Source of the DNA: a virus
Taxonomy: Duplodnaviria; Caudoviricetes
Strand: one strand, 5' to 3'
IMG/VR virus record: IMGVR_UViG_3300031669_005479
Coordinates: 32,001-96,000 of that record
DNA length: 64,000 nucleotides
A model generated the notes under the pieces. That model was given only the letters and a program-made list of their open reading frames with translations, had not been told where the DNA came from and made no database searches. Position numbers and translations under genes: made by a program. Below, one piece after another: positions 28,574 to 38,340 of this stretch. Position 1 is the first letter of the stretch. Each line of letters begins with the position of its first letter.

Positions 28574-29533
28574 TTACTTTTTGAAAAAAGTCTTTCTTTC
28601 AAAAGGAATTGACGGTGAATTCTTATCAATTTCTTGTATTGATTGAAATCCACTTTCCATTTCTTTTCCTTTCTTTTGATTTATATTTGCCTGTGTCTTA
28701 TTTTTTGTATCATTAAAAAATTTGTCATTTTCAGGTGCATTTTTTTTAACTATTGAATCATATAAATATGGTAGACTTCCAACAACAGCACTATCTGGAA
28801 TACGTTCTCTTTTTATGTCATTTGCAGTAACAAGTTGATAATTATTCTTATCATCAACTACCACAACATACGTATCCATACTTTTTTTATGAAACTTACT
28901 AGCCAAATCACGTAGTTTAATAACGTCACTAGAAGTAATTTTCGTTCTAGCTGCGTTTCCCCTCCTAATACCATCCCATTTTTGTCTTATAACGTCCCTA
29001 TTTGGTGATTCTTTACCATAAAATTCTTTATCATACCTATATTCGAAATTTGGTTGATTTTTTGTCGAAACATATGCATCAATACTGCTCATATCAGCAT
29101 CACCACCTTCATGATATCCTGCTGGTATCATTACTGCCCCATTTGAATCAACAAATTTCTTACCAATTGGTAGTATTTTTGTTATCTTATCAATACGAAA
29201 CAAACGCCATCCAGGTTTACTTCCTTCCTCATCAACCCAATAATCATGTTTTTCACTATCACGACGAGTTGGTTTATTATCAAAATGCCAACTATTTTTT
29301 GGATTATCCTGCCATGCCCTTAATACTTTATTTCCAGAATTTTTTTGTGTGCCAATAACATAAGGTCTTACTGTACGATATCCACTTGCAGTCTTTTCAT
29401 CACCAGTATAGTAAAGATACACCCATTCATGATTGTTAATAGCATCAACAATACTGTTTTCACCAACACCTTCAGTTATGAGATGTCGAAAATTTTTAAT
29501 GTTTTCAAATAATATTTTGACCTCTGATATCAT
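28574..29533 (-). CDS. WYL-domain protein; probable start MISEVK at 29533
   Basis: VYLYYTG...GYRTVRPYVIG...LRAWQ...GWRLFRIDKITKI. Confidence 0.8.
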   Translation of the reverse strand: MISEVKILFENIKNFRHLITEGVGENSIVDAINNHEWVYLYYTGDEKTASGYRTVRPYVIGTQKNSGNKVLRAWQDNPKNSWHFDNKPTRRDSEKHDYWVDEEGSKPGWRLFRIDKITKILPIGKKFVDSNGAVMIPAGYHEGGDADMSSIDAYVSTKNQPNFEYRYDKEFYGKESPNRDVIRQKWDGIRRGNAARTKITSSDVIKLRDLASKFHKKSMDTYVVVVDDKNNYQLVTANDIKRERIPDSAVVGSLPYLYDSIVKKNAPENDKFFNDTKNKTQANINQKKGKEMESGFQSIQEIDKNSPSIPFERKTFFKK

Positions 29534-29543
29534 TGATATGTTA

Positions 29544-30122
29544 TTAACAATTTCCTTCTCCATATGGACGTGCCGATACATAGCGTCCAGCATTTTTACT
29601 CAATTCTTTAGTTCTTGCATTAATATCAATACTTGTACCGATTGTACCAGAATCTCCTTGTGGGTCTCTTCCCCTACAATCACCATCAGACATAACATCC
29701 TTATTCCCAATTGTATATTCATTGCTTGGTGTGTAGCCACAACCATTTTTTGCAATCAAACAATTTCTCATATTAATATCAATGTTTGTACCGATTATAC
29801 CCGAACTTCCTTGTGGGTCTCTCCCCCTACAATCACCATCAGACATTACATCCTTATTTGTTATATTATATTCATTACTTGGTGTGTAGCCACAGCTATT
29901 TTTAACAATTAAGCAATTTCTCATATTAATATCAATATTTGTACCGATTGTACCCGAATCACCAATTGGGTCTCTCCCTCTACAATCACCATCAGACATT
30001 ACATCTTTACTAGTTGAATTATATTCTTTGCCATCGACATAGCCACAAACATTTTTCACTAAATTACTCGTTCTAAATTGTGCACTATATGCCAATAAAT
30101 TGCTATTATTTTCGTCTGCCAT
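29544..30122 (-). CDS. Protein made of three 51-aa tandem repeats
   Basis: Unit KNxCGY...NEY...KDVMSDGDCRGRDPxGxSGxIGTxIDIN. Confidence 0.75.
   Translation of the reverse strand: MADENNSNLLAYSAQFRTSNLVKNVCGYVDGKEYNSTSKDVMSDGDCRGRDPIGDSGTIGTNIDINMRNCLIVKNSCGYTPSNEYNITNKDVMSDGDCRGRDPQGSSGIIGTNIDINMRNCLIAKNGCGYTPSNEYTIGNKDVMSDGDCRGRDPQGDSGTIGTSIDINARTKELSKNAGRYVSARPYGEGNC
29605..30056. repeat. 153-bp tandem repeat, about 3 copies, coding
   Basis: acaatcaccatcagacat and flanking sequence recur at a 153-nt period; boundaries approximate. Confidence 0.85.
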
Positions 30123-30166
30123 TTTTTAATTTTTTAGTATTTCTAATTATTTACTATAAATACAAA

Positions 30167-30940
30167 TTATTCGTATTTTTTAAATGCTAATGTAATATAT
30201 TCCATTAAATGTGGTACAACATCCAAATATTTCATTTCACTTATATCATACCAACCATAATTAGTGTTTTCCTCATTTAATTTAATATCAGTTGGTTCGC
30301 CCTTATACCTACAAGCAAATACATGCTCAATGCTGTCAGTATTGCGTTGAATGCTAAATGTTTTAATAAATTTTTTAATTTCTAATCCAGTCTCTTCACT
30401 TATCTCACGTTCAATCGCCTTTTGTGGTGTTTCGCCCTTTTCAATACCACCACCAACCAATGACCATTTATTTGGCATCCACATCTTACCATCATCTGCT
30501 CTCTTAAGCAGCAATATTTTATTATCCACATCTACGATAATTGCCACAGCATTTTTTTTCAAGTCTCCCTTATCTTCATTAAGCCTAGGTGTTTGATATG
30601 GTTTTAATTCTGAATTCGGATTCGTATTCATATCCTGTTTAATTTTTTTACTACTTGCTACAGCATGCCTATCTTGATTCAATGTTGTTTCAACAAATCC
30701 TTTCATTAAATCACCACCAGCAAGTTCATATTGTGCATTGTCATTAGATTGAGAATCGTGATGATCAAAAAAATTTTTCAAACGCTTTAGTGCCTGATAT
30801 GTGATTACACCGTTATTAACTATGAATTTTGCCCTTTTAACGCCAGACCCATTCGGATTGGATATCAACATAGTCTGTATGTATTTAACTACGTTAGATG
30901 GCACTTTATATGATTTATTATACAATTCCTGATTTGCCAT
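30167..30940 (-). CDS. NUDIX hydrolase fused to an N-terminal helical domain
   Basis: Canonical Nudix box GGGIEKGETPQKAIEREISEETGL; linker PRLNEDKG. Confidence 0.9.
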   Translation of the reverse strand: MANQELYNKSYKVPSNVVKYIQTMLISNPNGSGVKRAKFIVNNGVITYQALKRLKNFFDHHDSQSNDNAQYELAGGDLMKGFVETTLNQDRHAVASSKKIKQDMNTNPNSELKPYQTPRLNEDKGDLKKNAVAIIVDVDNKILLLKRADDGKMWMPNKWSLVGGGIEKGETPQKAIEREISEETGLEIKKFIKTFSIQRNTDSIEHVFACRYKGEPTDIKLNEENTNYGWYDISEMKYLDVVPHLMEYITLAFKKYE

Positions 30941-30942
30941 AA

Positions 30943-31569
30943 TTATTTACGATTTATCTCAAGCAAATTAATTAACTTATCAATATCCTTCTTGTCTAAC
31001 TTATTGATTAAACCAGCAACCTTTTCGATTTTTTTATCCTTTATTTCGCTATTACTACTTCTCTTAGTAATCTCATCTTCGTTTTTTTTATCAACCATTT
31101 TATCTTCAACAACATTACCCTCATCAATATTTTTGGGTTCATCAAATGCTTTTTTAAAATGTTTTTCAATAACGCTAATAATCTTTTTTGCCCACTTAAC
31201 ATTATTTGTTTCAGATTCGTGCGAATATTCACTTTCAGATGCCTTTCTAAAATCAGACTTTAACTTATTTGGATTTCTATAGTAATATTCGAGAGTTTCC
31301 ATGTAATTGTCTCGCATTAACTCAGTTAATTCATCTAACATTTCGGTTTGTCCTGAATTTTCAACACCTTCCATAAACGGCATGAGTGTAAAACCAAAAC
31401 GACCCAACATATCATAACGATATGGTTGAGTCCCGATTTTGGCATTGTAATCAGTAGTATTTTTTGCCTGTGTATCTGCGTTAGCATCTACTTCTGGCAT
31501 ATCATTTGCACCAATTAATTCACTATTACTATCAATTATTTCATATAAATCTTTCTTTTTCAACTTCAT
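30943..31569 (-). CDS. Hypothetical acidic protein
   Basis: 208 aa; late-type motif at 31586-31593. Confidence 0.65.
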   Translation of the reverse strand: MKLKKKDLYEIIDSNSELIGANDMPEVDANADTQAKNTTDYNAKIGTQPYRYDMLGRFGFTLMPFMEGVENSGQTEMLDELTELMRDNYMETLEYYYRNPNKLKSDFRKASESEYSHESETNNVKWAKKIISVIEKHFKKAFDEPKNIDEGNVVEDKMVDKKNEDEITKRSSNSEIKDKKIEKVAGLINKLDKKDIDKLINLLEINRK

Positions 31570-31603
31570 GATTGCATATTTTCATATAAATACTTATTAT
31601 TTG

Positions 31604-34600
31604 TTAATATGCACTATCACTATCGTCAACATCTAAATATTCAACAGCAGCATCCTCAACACTACATTCCAGTTCTTCAACAAAATCATTAAACGCAATG
31701 CTAGAATTTTCAATTTCAGCAAATACTTGTTCCATTGTAGCAACCAGTGGAATTCCAAATTTTTGTTTAAATTGTATAAAGTATTTTCTTCTCAATTCTT
31801 GCTGTGCTTCGAGAAAAATATCCCTATCTGTTTTAACTGAAAGTTCATTAACCTCTAATTCGCTAATCTTCTTTTGGTTTTCTTCAATAATTCTATCAAG
31901 TTCAAGTTCAACACTACTTTTAGGAATGTCCACATTTGATCTAATAATCTGAATATAAACGCCATTATATTTACCAACATGATAGTTGCTGCTATCCTTT
32001 ACAAGTACCAAATCGCCATCAGAATATTCATCATTTATGGATTTAATCATTGGTTTATTTGTAGCAATCATTTTATCATTTAAATATTTCAATGCATTCT
32101 CATATATTTCATAATGAACCTTATAACCATCACGCATTTTAAAACCATTCCAAACTTTATTTGGGTTGTATCCAGTCTTATTCCAGAAGTCAACCTCTAG
32201 TTCCTCCAAATACATTGATTCGTTTAAATCATCCGAATTAAAATTTTTCAAATTCAGTTCATCAAGTAATGGGTTAAATTCGCCCTTTATTAAACTGCCC
32301 TCCTTATCAATTTTAACTAAAATTTTCTTCTGGACTTCAGGCTGAAATCCAACTAAAATTGTTTCAACTCTTTTATTAAATGCATCCAGATACTTCTCAT
32401 AGTTATATACACCAGTAATACTAGGATTTTCTTGTAGGTCTTTAGCACTAATTAGTGTTGCACAAAATCTTTCAACACCTGTTTGCTTATCAACAATCTT
32501 ACTTGAATCACCGTGAGATTTTTTATACCCGCTATTAACATAGTATACAACACCATCTAACTTAGGCTCCTGTGGCATATAGTTAGCAACCAATTTAATC
32601 TTATCATCAATACTTAAATTCTTTTTAATTTTTTCAAGATTTAATTCGTGCTTATGTTCCTCGAAAAGTTTTTCACCAATTGCTTCTCGTTGCTCAATCA
32701 GCAATTCCATGTGTGCTTGCATGCCCTTTTCCCTACCATTTTTATCTTTGCCTCTCTTTTTATATGCACTTAGGCTTGTTTTTATTTTACTCTTACTTGC
32801 AATTTTTTTCAATGGAATTTGCATATAGCGTATATTTTCAGCATATGCGTAATAGTATTCAACAAATTCTTTGCCCTTACCGTGAAGGATTAAATCAAGT
32901 CCCTTATCAATAAATTCCTCAATGTATTCGGGCATAACTTTAGATTTAATCGTATTACCTGTTAGCTTAACCTTTTCCTTCATCTTACCCGTTTTCTTAT
33001 CCTTAGCTAAAGCAAGTGTTGCATAGTTAATACGTGAAAGATTTAAGCAAGAAAGACTTTCACCATCATTATCAACAGCCATATAGGGTGGCAGCATTTC
33101 CTCATCATTAAATTTTTCAATAAGTGCTGCAACACCAATCTTATCACCATATTTCCACATGTCCTCAATTAAACCCTCCTCTTCATATTCAACTACCTGT
33201 TTATCAATAACCCTAATTTTTGTTTTGTCGGGCACATGGAAGTTAATACCATCAGTAACGGCAAGTAATGCAATGCAACCAAATTTACTAAACCATGTTG
33301 TTGCATGTCGAAGTTCAAGACGACCACTACATGTAATACGAGCAGCGCATACATTATCTGACCAGTTAAATGAAATATTTGAACCCAATGCACCAAATAA
33401 CGAGTTATTTAAAATTTTAATAGGTAACTGCTTAATTTTTGACATAAGAATGTCTGCATTAGTAAGATTACCATTAACATATTTAATATGAATTTCTGGG
33501 TCAATTTGTTTCAATAGTTGAACTTCTTCATCATCTAACTTAGTTTCATTTGCAAGTTTTTTATAGATATTACGTGTCGTTGTAAGATATAATAATATCT
33601 TTTTCATAACACCAGTAATATCAAACATTGGAAATATACCCCATGTCAACTGAAGCATAGGATAAAGACTGGCGTAGTCGATTTTTACAATTCGCTCAGT
33701 ATATCCAGTTTTAAAACATCTTGCCAATCCACCACTAAACTTTTCATATTTATCTGATTCTGGAATTGCCAAATCATTCTCATAACTCCATGCAGTTAAC
33801 AGTAAATTCCAAATTGCTGCAGTACCCATCGTACAAATACGTTGATAGGTAGTTGGAACAATTTTTGCTAACATAAATGATGATTGATTATATAATTCAT
33901 CTACTTGTTCAGTTTCCCACAAGTCATCAAGCAGATATTGTTTTACTAATTTCTTCCCGCTAATAAATATTGTAAGATTTTTTGGTAATGCATTTACCCT
34001 AAACCAATCAACAAATTCTTTACTTTCACTAAGGAATTTAACTTTAATTACTTTATATTGCTCTTCAGTAATATTGTCCTTATTTGCCTGAAGTTTATAC
34101 AACTTTTTTGCAGCATCTTGATACGCATTTGGTATTTGAATATAATTATTCTTTTCATCAATTAAGAACATTTTATTTTCATGATAATATCTACCAATCG
34201 TATTGTCTTCGCCATCAATATATGTTCGATTTGGTTTTGCGAACTTTTCAAACTTTGCTACATATTTTAAACCAGTTTCTTTTAAATCACTATTTACCGC
34301 TGCAGTACGTTTTGTTGCATGAAGTATATCAATTACTGAATAACCCCACATTTCAGTTGCAGTATACTTATCAGCAGTATTACCATACTTAACACTTACA
34401 TTACCCCTTCTTTTTAGGTGATAATTTTTTTTAAGGCTAGTTGGCAGGGTTTGCAAATCCATTTTAAGTATTTTTGCTCTACCTAAAATAAAATCAAAGT
34501 CAAACGTCTCAGAGAAATATCCAGAAATGACTGCTGGCCGTATTTCACTAATTAAATTAAAAAAATCTTGAATTAAATGTGCTTCAGATTCATCGTCATC

Positions 34601-35266
34601 TGTTTTATCAACTTCCAATATTGTTTCAAACCCCTTATTATTTCTAACACCAATTGCAAATACTCTGGACGATTGATATCGTAAACCAGTGGTTTCAATG
34701 TCAAACGTAAGTTTATGAACATTTTTATATTCTTCAAACCCTTTATATAGTCTACTTTGTGTTGAAATTAAAAATTGCTCAGTTGTTCTTGGCGAATAAA
34801 AATAATCCCGATACAAATAAATTGCTTCACCCTTCTTATCCTTAACTGGTTGCTCATTTTCGTCGAGAAGTTTTGCGTATGGATCAATGCCGCCATCCTT
34901 AAGATAACTTAAAATATCGTTATATGACCGACTACTTGTTAGCTTAAAACAATATCCATCAACAAGTCTTTTTTGATTACCAGTTTTTAACTTAGTGATT
35001 TTAATCCCATATTTAATTCTCTTACTTTCAATATATTGTTCACTACTACCACCATATAATTTAATATTTTTCTTAGATAAATCTTTCATATACATGAAAG
35101 GTTCATATCTAATATTATCTATTCTTGGTTTTTGATTTGGCTCATGTATAATACATTCAGCAATATTTGTCCTTGGGTCGGTTTCAACATTCACCAAATA
35201 TTTTATATCATTATTGTAGCCTTCAAGAAATCCTTTAATTTCTGTTAATACTGCATGTTTATCCAT
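31604..35266 (-). CDS. Family B DNA polymerase
   Basis: Exo I FDIETTGL, Exo II FDFDFI, pol A DYASLYP, pol B KILNNSLFGALG, pol C VTDG. Confidence 0.95.
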   Translation of the reverse strand: MDKHAVLTEIKGFLEGYNNDIKYLVNVETDPRTNIAECIIHEPNQKPRIDNIRYEPFMYMKDLSKKNIKLYGGSSEQYIESKRIKYGIKITKLKTGNQKRLVDGYCFKLTSSRSYNDILSYLKDGGIDPYAKLLDENEQPVKDKKGEAIYLYRDYFYSPRTTEQFLISTQSRLYKGFEEYKNVHKLTFDIETTGLRYQSSRVFAIGVRNNKGFETILEVDKTDDDESEAHLIQDFFNLISEIRPAVISGYFSETFDFDFILGRAKILKMDLQTLPTSLKKNYHLKRRGNVSVKYGNTADKYTATEMWGYSVIDILHATKRTAAVNSDLKETGLKYVAKFEKFAKPNRTYIDGEDNTIGRYYHENKMFLIDEKNNYIQIPNAYQDAAKKLYKLQANKDNITEEQYKVIKVKFLSESKEFVDWFRVNALPKNLTIFISGKKLVKQYLLDDLWETEQVDELYNQSSFMLAKIVPTTYQRICTMGTAAIWNLLLTAWSYENDLAIPESDKYEKFSGGLARCFKTGYTERIVKIDYASLYPMLQLTWGIFPMFDITGVMKKILLYLTTTRNIYKKLANETKLDDEEVQLLKQIDPEIHIKYVNGNLTNADILMSKIKQLPIKILNNSLFGALGSNISFNWSDNVCAARITCSGRLELRHATTWFSKFGCIALLAVTDGINFHVPDKTKIRVIDKQVVEYEEEGLIEDMWKYGDKIGVAALIEKFNDEEMLPPYMAVDNDGESLSCLNLSRINYATLALAKDKKTGKMKEKVKLTGNTIKSKVMPEYIEEFIDKGLDLILHGKGKEFVEYYYAYAENIRYMQIPLKKIASKSKIKTSLSAYKKRGKDKNGREKGMQAHMELLIEQREAIGEKLFEEHKHELNLEKIKKNLSIDDKIKLVANYMPQEPKLDGVVYYVNSGYKKSHGDSSKIVDKQTGVERFCATLISAKDLQENPSITGVYNYEKYLDAFNKRVETILVGFQPEVQKKILVKIDKEGSLIKGEFNPLLDELNLKNFNSDDLNESMYLEELEVDFWNKTGYNPNKVWNGFKMRDGYKVHYEIYENALKYLNDKMIATNKPMIKSINDEYSDGDLVLVKDSSNYHVGKYNGVYIQIIRSNVDIPKSSVELELDRIIEENQKKISELEVNELSVKTDRDIFLEAQQELRRKYFIQFKQKFGIPLVATMEQVFAEIENSSIAFNDFVEELECSVEDAAVEYLDVDDSDSAY

Positions 35267-35321
35267 TATTATTATATTAAATTTATTGGTTTATATATTA
35301 TTACAATCAATTTTTTTCATA

Positions 35322-35684
35322 CTATTTTTTTACAAATTTATGTGTTAACCTTTTTGATTTTTTATTATACGTATATTGTATATCACCAATTAAAAACGAA
35401 TCCTTTGTTAATGCATCTTCAATATTTATTGGAAATATACCAGATAACCATAATGCAGTAATTGCATTATTTCCAACCAATTTAACATGATCCTTATCGC
35501 CATTAATATCAAAATCCAAATGTATTACATCATTTTCATTATTCAAAACGTTTTGTAAAATAAAAATGAATGCAGCGTAGATATCACCCCTCATTCGTTT
35601 ATTTGTAACATCAGAATCAGTAATAATTAATTGCAATAAATAATCTTTAAGGGGATTATACCCAAACACATATTTACTTCCCAT
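35322..35684 (-). CDS. Hypothetical protein
   Basis: 120 aa between SNF2 and the polymerase. Confidence 0.65.
   Translation of the reverse strand: MGSKYVFGYNPLKDYLLQLIITDSDVTNKRMRGDIYAAFIFILQNVLNNENDVIHLDFDINGDKDHVKLVGNNAITALWLSGIFPINIEDALTKDSFLIGDIQYTYNKKSKRLTHKFVKK
35333..35340 (-). promoter_or_regulatory. Bacteroidota-type -7 element (TAAATTTG) upstream of DNA polymerase
   Basis: TAnnTTTG match about 67 nt above the start; lies inside the 3' end of the upstream ORF. Confidence 0.4.
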
Positions 35685-37467
35685 GTTTACTTTTTATTTT
35701 TTTAATAACATCACTTAACACTGATTCACTAACATTTGATTCATAGTTTTCATTATCCATAACCTTTACTATTTCTTTCCGCTTACTTTCGATTGCAGAA
35801 AATACGTAATCATCTATTGTATCAGGAAAAATCAAGACATAAATATTAACAGCAGATTTTTGCCCAATCCTATGCAGTCTATCGCTAACTTGATCGTATT
35901 CTCCAACGCTATATGGCAATGTCATTATGAATAATTTACTTGCAGCAGTTAATGTTAGTCCATAGTTACAAGTTTGAATTGAACCTAAAAAATCTTTTAG
36001 GTCACTATTAGGGTCTTGAAATTTATTTACAATATCTGAACGTTCCTCAACTGTTTGGTCACCAGTATGTAATGCTGCACTGTCACCAATTAGTTTTTTT
36101 AAATCATATAAACTGTTTTTATAGTAATCAACGACAACCACCTTCTCACCTGTTTCGTGAATATTCTCAATCAACTCAATGACATGCCTTATTTTAATTT
36201 GTGATAGGTATTGTCGCAAACGAATCATAATCGTTAATGCATTATGTGTTGGGTGTTCTACAAATTCATTTGCAACACTATTTTCAATTTCATTATAGAT
36301 TCTTTGCTCATCATCAGTCATTTCCAGTATGATGCGTTGATATGTTTTATCTGGAAGGTCTTTTAAAACATCGATTTTTCGTTTTCTGTGTGTATATGGC
36401 GCAATCTTATAAAACAATTCTTCTAAACGTTGTTCAGCACTATCAATAACATAACCCCAACCATTTTCAATGTCATATGTCATGCCGCAATAATATTCCT
36501 GAAAATGACCTTTTGTTGCAAAATCAACTGGAGATATTTCATGCAATACCGTGTATAATTCATGTGCTCGATTCGGTGCGGGTGTTCCACTTAAAAATAT
36601 TTTACTTATATTACCATTTCTAAAAATCTTATTATCGAACGTTTTCTTAAAATTTTTGTAAGTATTTGATTTTGTGGACTTTAGTTTTTGACACTCGTCT
36701 GAAATAACTGCATCAATTTTATCAATATCTAATTTTTTCCACTTTGAAAAAAATCTTTCGCTACTTGATGGATTAAAGTAGTCATAATTTACAATAATAT
36801 ACTTAGCATCCTCCACACTACAATCATTTTTTTTCCAATTTACTATATGGGCATTACTATTTGTAAATTTCTTAACTTCGTTATAGTAATTAAATTTTAA
36901 TGAATTGGGTGTAATGACAATGACTTTATCAAAATGGTTCATCTCAACATATAATATGCTAGATAAACTCTTACCAGTTCCCATTTCATGTGAAATTAGT
37001 GTGCTACGAGTAGCATTCATGAATAGTGCTGCAACAATTTGGTGCGGAAATAGTTTAATATCTTCTTTTAAAAGTGCATGGCACTTATCGGAATATTTTA
37101 TATATGTTTGTTCTAACTCTTCCTTATACTTAACCCAATTTTCTTTTTTAATGTTAAGATCGGCAATAAACTTACGTTTTTCTGCTTCACTTACCTCAAT
37201 TTTATTTATTTGTTGAATGAATACATTCTTACTATCATCATTTCCAAAATCAAAATGTATTTTATTTGAACCCTTATATTTTTTAATTAAAAGATATAGA
37301 GAATATGTGTTAACTTCCCATACCATCATACCTGCATTCCACTTACGGGTTTCAACTGGAAGTTCTTTTATTCTAGTTGTAAGTTGATCGTTAGGTAAAA
37401 ATCTTAGATAATATGCCTGTCTTCTTGAGATTCTTTCACAAAATACAAGAAATACTGGTGTTTGCAT
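35674..37467 (-). CDS. SNF2-family helicase/ATPase (SMARCAL1-like)
   Basis: HEMGTGKS, ISDECQ, LSGTP, GLTLTAA, QVSDRLHRIGQ. Confidence 0.92.
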   Translation of the reverse strand: MQTPVFLVFCERISRRQAYYLRFLPNDQLTTRIKELPVETRKWNAGMMVWEVNTYSLYLLIKKYKGSNKIHFDFGNDDSKNVFIQQINKIEVSEAEKRKFIADLNIKKENWVKYKEELEQTYIKYSDKCHALLKEDIKLFPHQIVAALFMNATRSTLISHEMGTGKSLSSILYVEMNHFDKVIVITPNSLKFNYYNEVKKFTNSNAHIVNWKKNDCSVEDAKYIIVNYDYFNPSSSERFFSKWKKLDIDKIDAVISDECQKLKSTKSNTYKNFKKTFDNKIFRNGNISKIFLSGTPAPNRAHELYTVLHEISPVDFATKGHFQEYYCGMTYDIENGWGYVIDSAEQRLEELFYKIAPYTHRKRKIDVLKDLPDKTYQRIILEMTDDEQRIYNEIENSVANEFVEHPTHNALTIMIRLRQYLSQIKIRHVIELIENIHETGEKVVVVDYYKNSLYDLKKLIGDSAALHTGDQTVEERSDIVNKFQDPNSDLKDFLGSIQTCNYGLTLTAASKLFIMTLPYSVGEYDQVSDRLHRIGQKSAVNIYVLIFPDTIDDYVFSAIESKRKEIVKVMDNENYESNVSESVLSDVIKKIKSKHGK

Positions 37468-37488
37468 TGTAAAATACTGTTAATCTCG

Positions 37489-37496
37489 CAAATATA
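37489..37496 (-). promoter_or_regulatory. Bacteroidota-type -7 element (TATATTTG) upstream of SNF2
   Basis: TAnnTTTG match 22 nt above the ATG; TTGTA at 37514-37518 as the -33-like element. Confidence 0.6.
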
Positions 37497-37519
37497 TAAA
37501 AAATTTTCGAGATTACAAG

Positions 37520-37939
37520 TTAAATTACTGTCGTTTTCGTAATACTATCGGAGATAATTATATCTATTTGTCCATCAACAGGTAATTTAATTTTACCACA
37601 TCCATATTCCGAATTTAAGAAGTCTACGACAAATTCACCTAAATATCTGCCCGCTTTTGATGTTTGTGATTGCTTAAATCTGTATTTAAGCGTATATTTT
37701 TCTTCAGCGGGATAGTTTACTCTGTCATTATTAATTACGAGATCAGCACCAACATTTGCAACACGATATATACCAGTATCTGCATTAGTCATTGAAAACG
37801 TTACTGCAACATTTTCTAACATATCTTCAGTAATACCATACTGTTCCATTAAACGTTGAGTTAATGGATATTTTAGTTCAGGAAGTGTGCTGTCTTTCTT
37901 AATAAAAAAATTATTAATATTAAATGTAGAATAGTTCAT
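37520..37939 (-). CDS. BppU N-terminal-like (baseplate upper protein) domain protein
   Basis: FFIKKDSTLPELKYPL...YRF...TSKAGRYLGEF...IKLP. Confidence 0.6.
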   Translation of the reverse strand: MNYSTFNINNFFIKKDSTLPELKYPLTQRLMEQYGITEDMLENVAVTFSMTNADTGIYRVANVGADLVINNDRVNYPAEEKYTLKYRFKQSQTSKAGRYLGEFVVDFLNSEYGCGKIKLPVDGQIDIIISDSITKTTVI

Positions 37940-37944
37940 TATTT

Positions 37945-38319
37945 TTAATTGCTAATGTTTGTCATAATTTTTTCCCTATCTGCGCCAACCATTTTTACTC
38001 TTTTTTTCACTGTTGCTGCAATACCATCACCAATTAATCCTAATGACACTGCATCAAAATTTCCAAATGGATGTCCACTAATTTCAGTATAAAATTTAAA
38101 TAAAACATATGAGCATAGTATTGTGGTTAAATATCTTCTCCAGTTGTCTTTAACCCAAAACATCCAATTCCATTTAGTTGGAGTATTTGGACTATTTTTA
38201 TCCCTACCACTAGTTTCAGTTAAACCGTAAATTAAATATCCAATAGCAAAAAACCATAAATATCCAAATAGTTCAATACTTGTATAGTCTCCAAAAATCA
38301 CCTTTAATAACTCACCCAT
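37945..38319 (-). CDS. Small membrane protein (holin-like)
   Basis: Two to three hydrophobic segments with a basic C-tail. Confidence 0.5.
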   Translation of the reverse strand: MGELLKVIFGDYTSIELFGYLWFFAIGYLIYGLTETSGRDKNSPNTPTKWNWMFWVKDNWRRYLTTILCSYVLFKFYTEISGHPFGNFDAVSLGLIGDGIAATVKKRVKMVGADREKIMTNISN

Positions 38320-38340
38320 GACTAATATTTATTTTATATA

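Noticed and set aside
29605-30056. Regular repeats as a possible CRISPR array
   Set aside because: 153-nt period with no unique spacers, in frame within a protein; no cas genes. The same applies to the 51-nt array at 44560-45320.
31604-35266. Intein or intron in the long DNA polymerase
   Set aside because: No Hint motifs or HN-[CST] junction; all polymerase motifs are in one frame.
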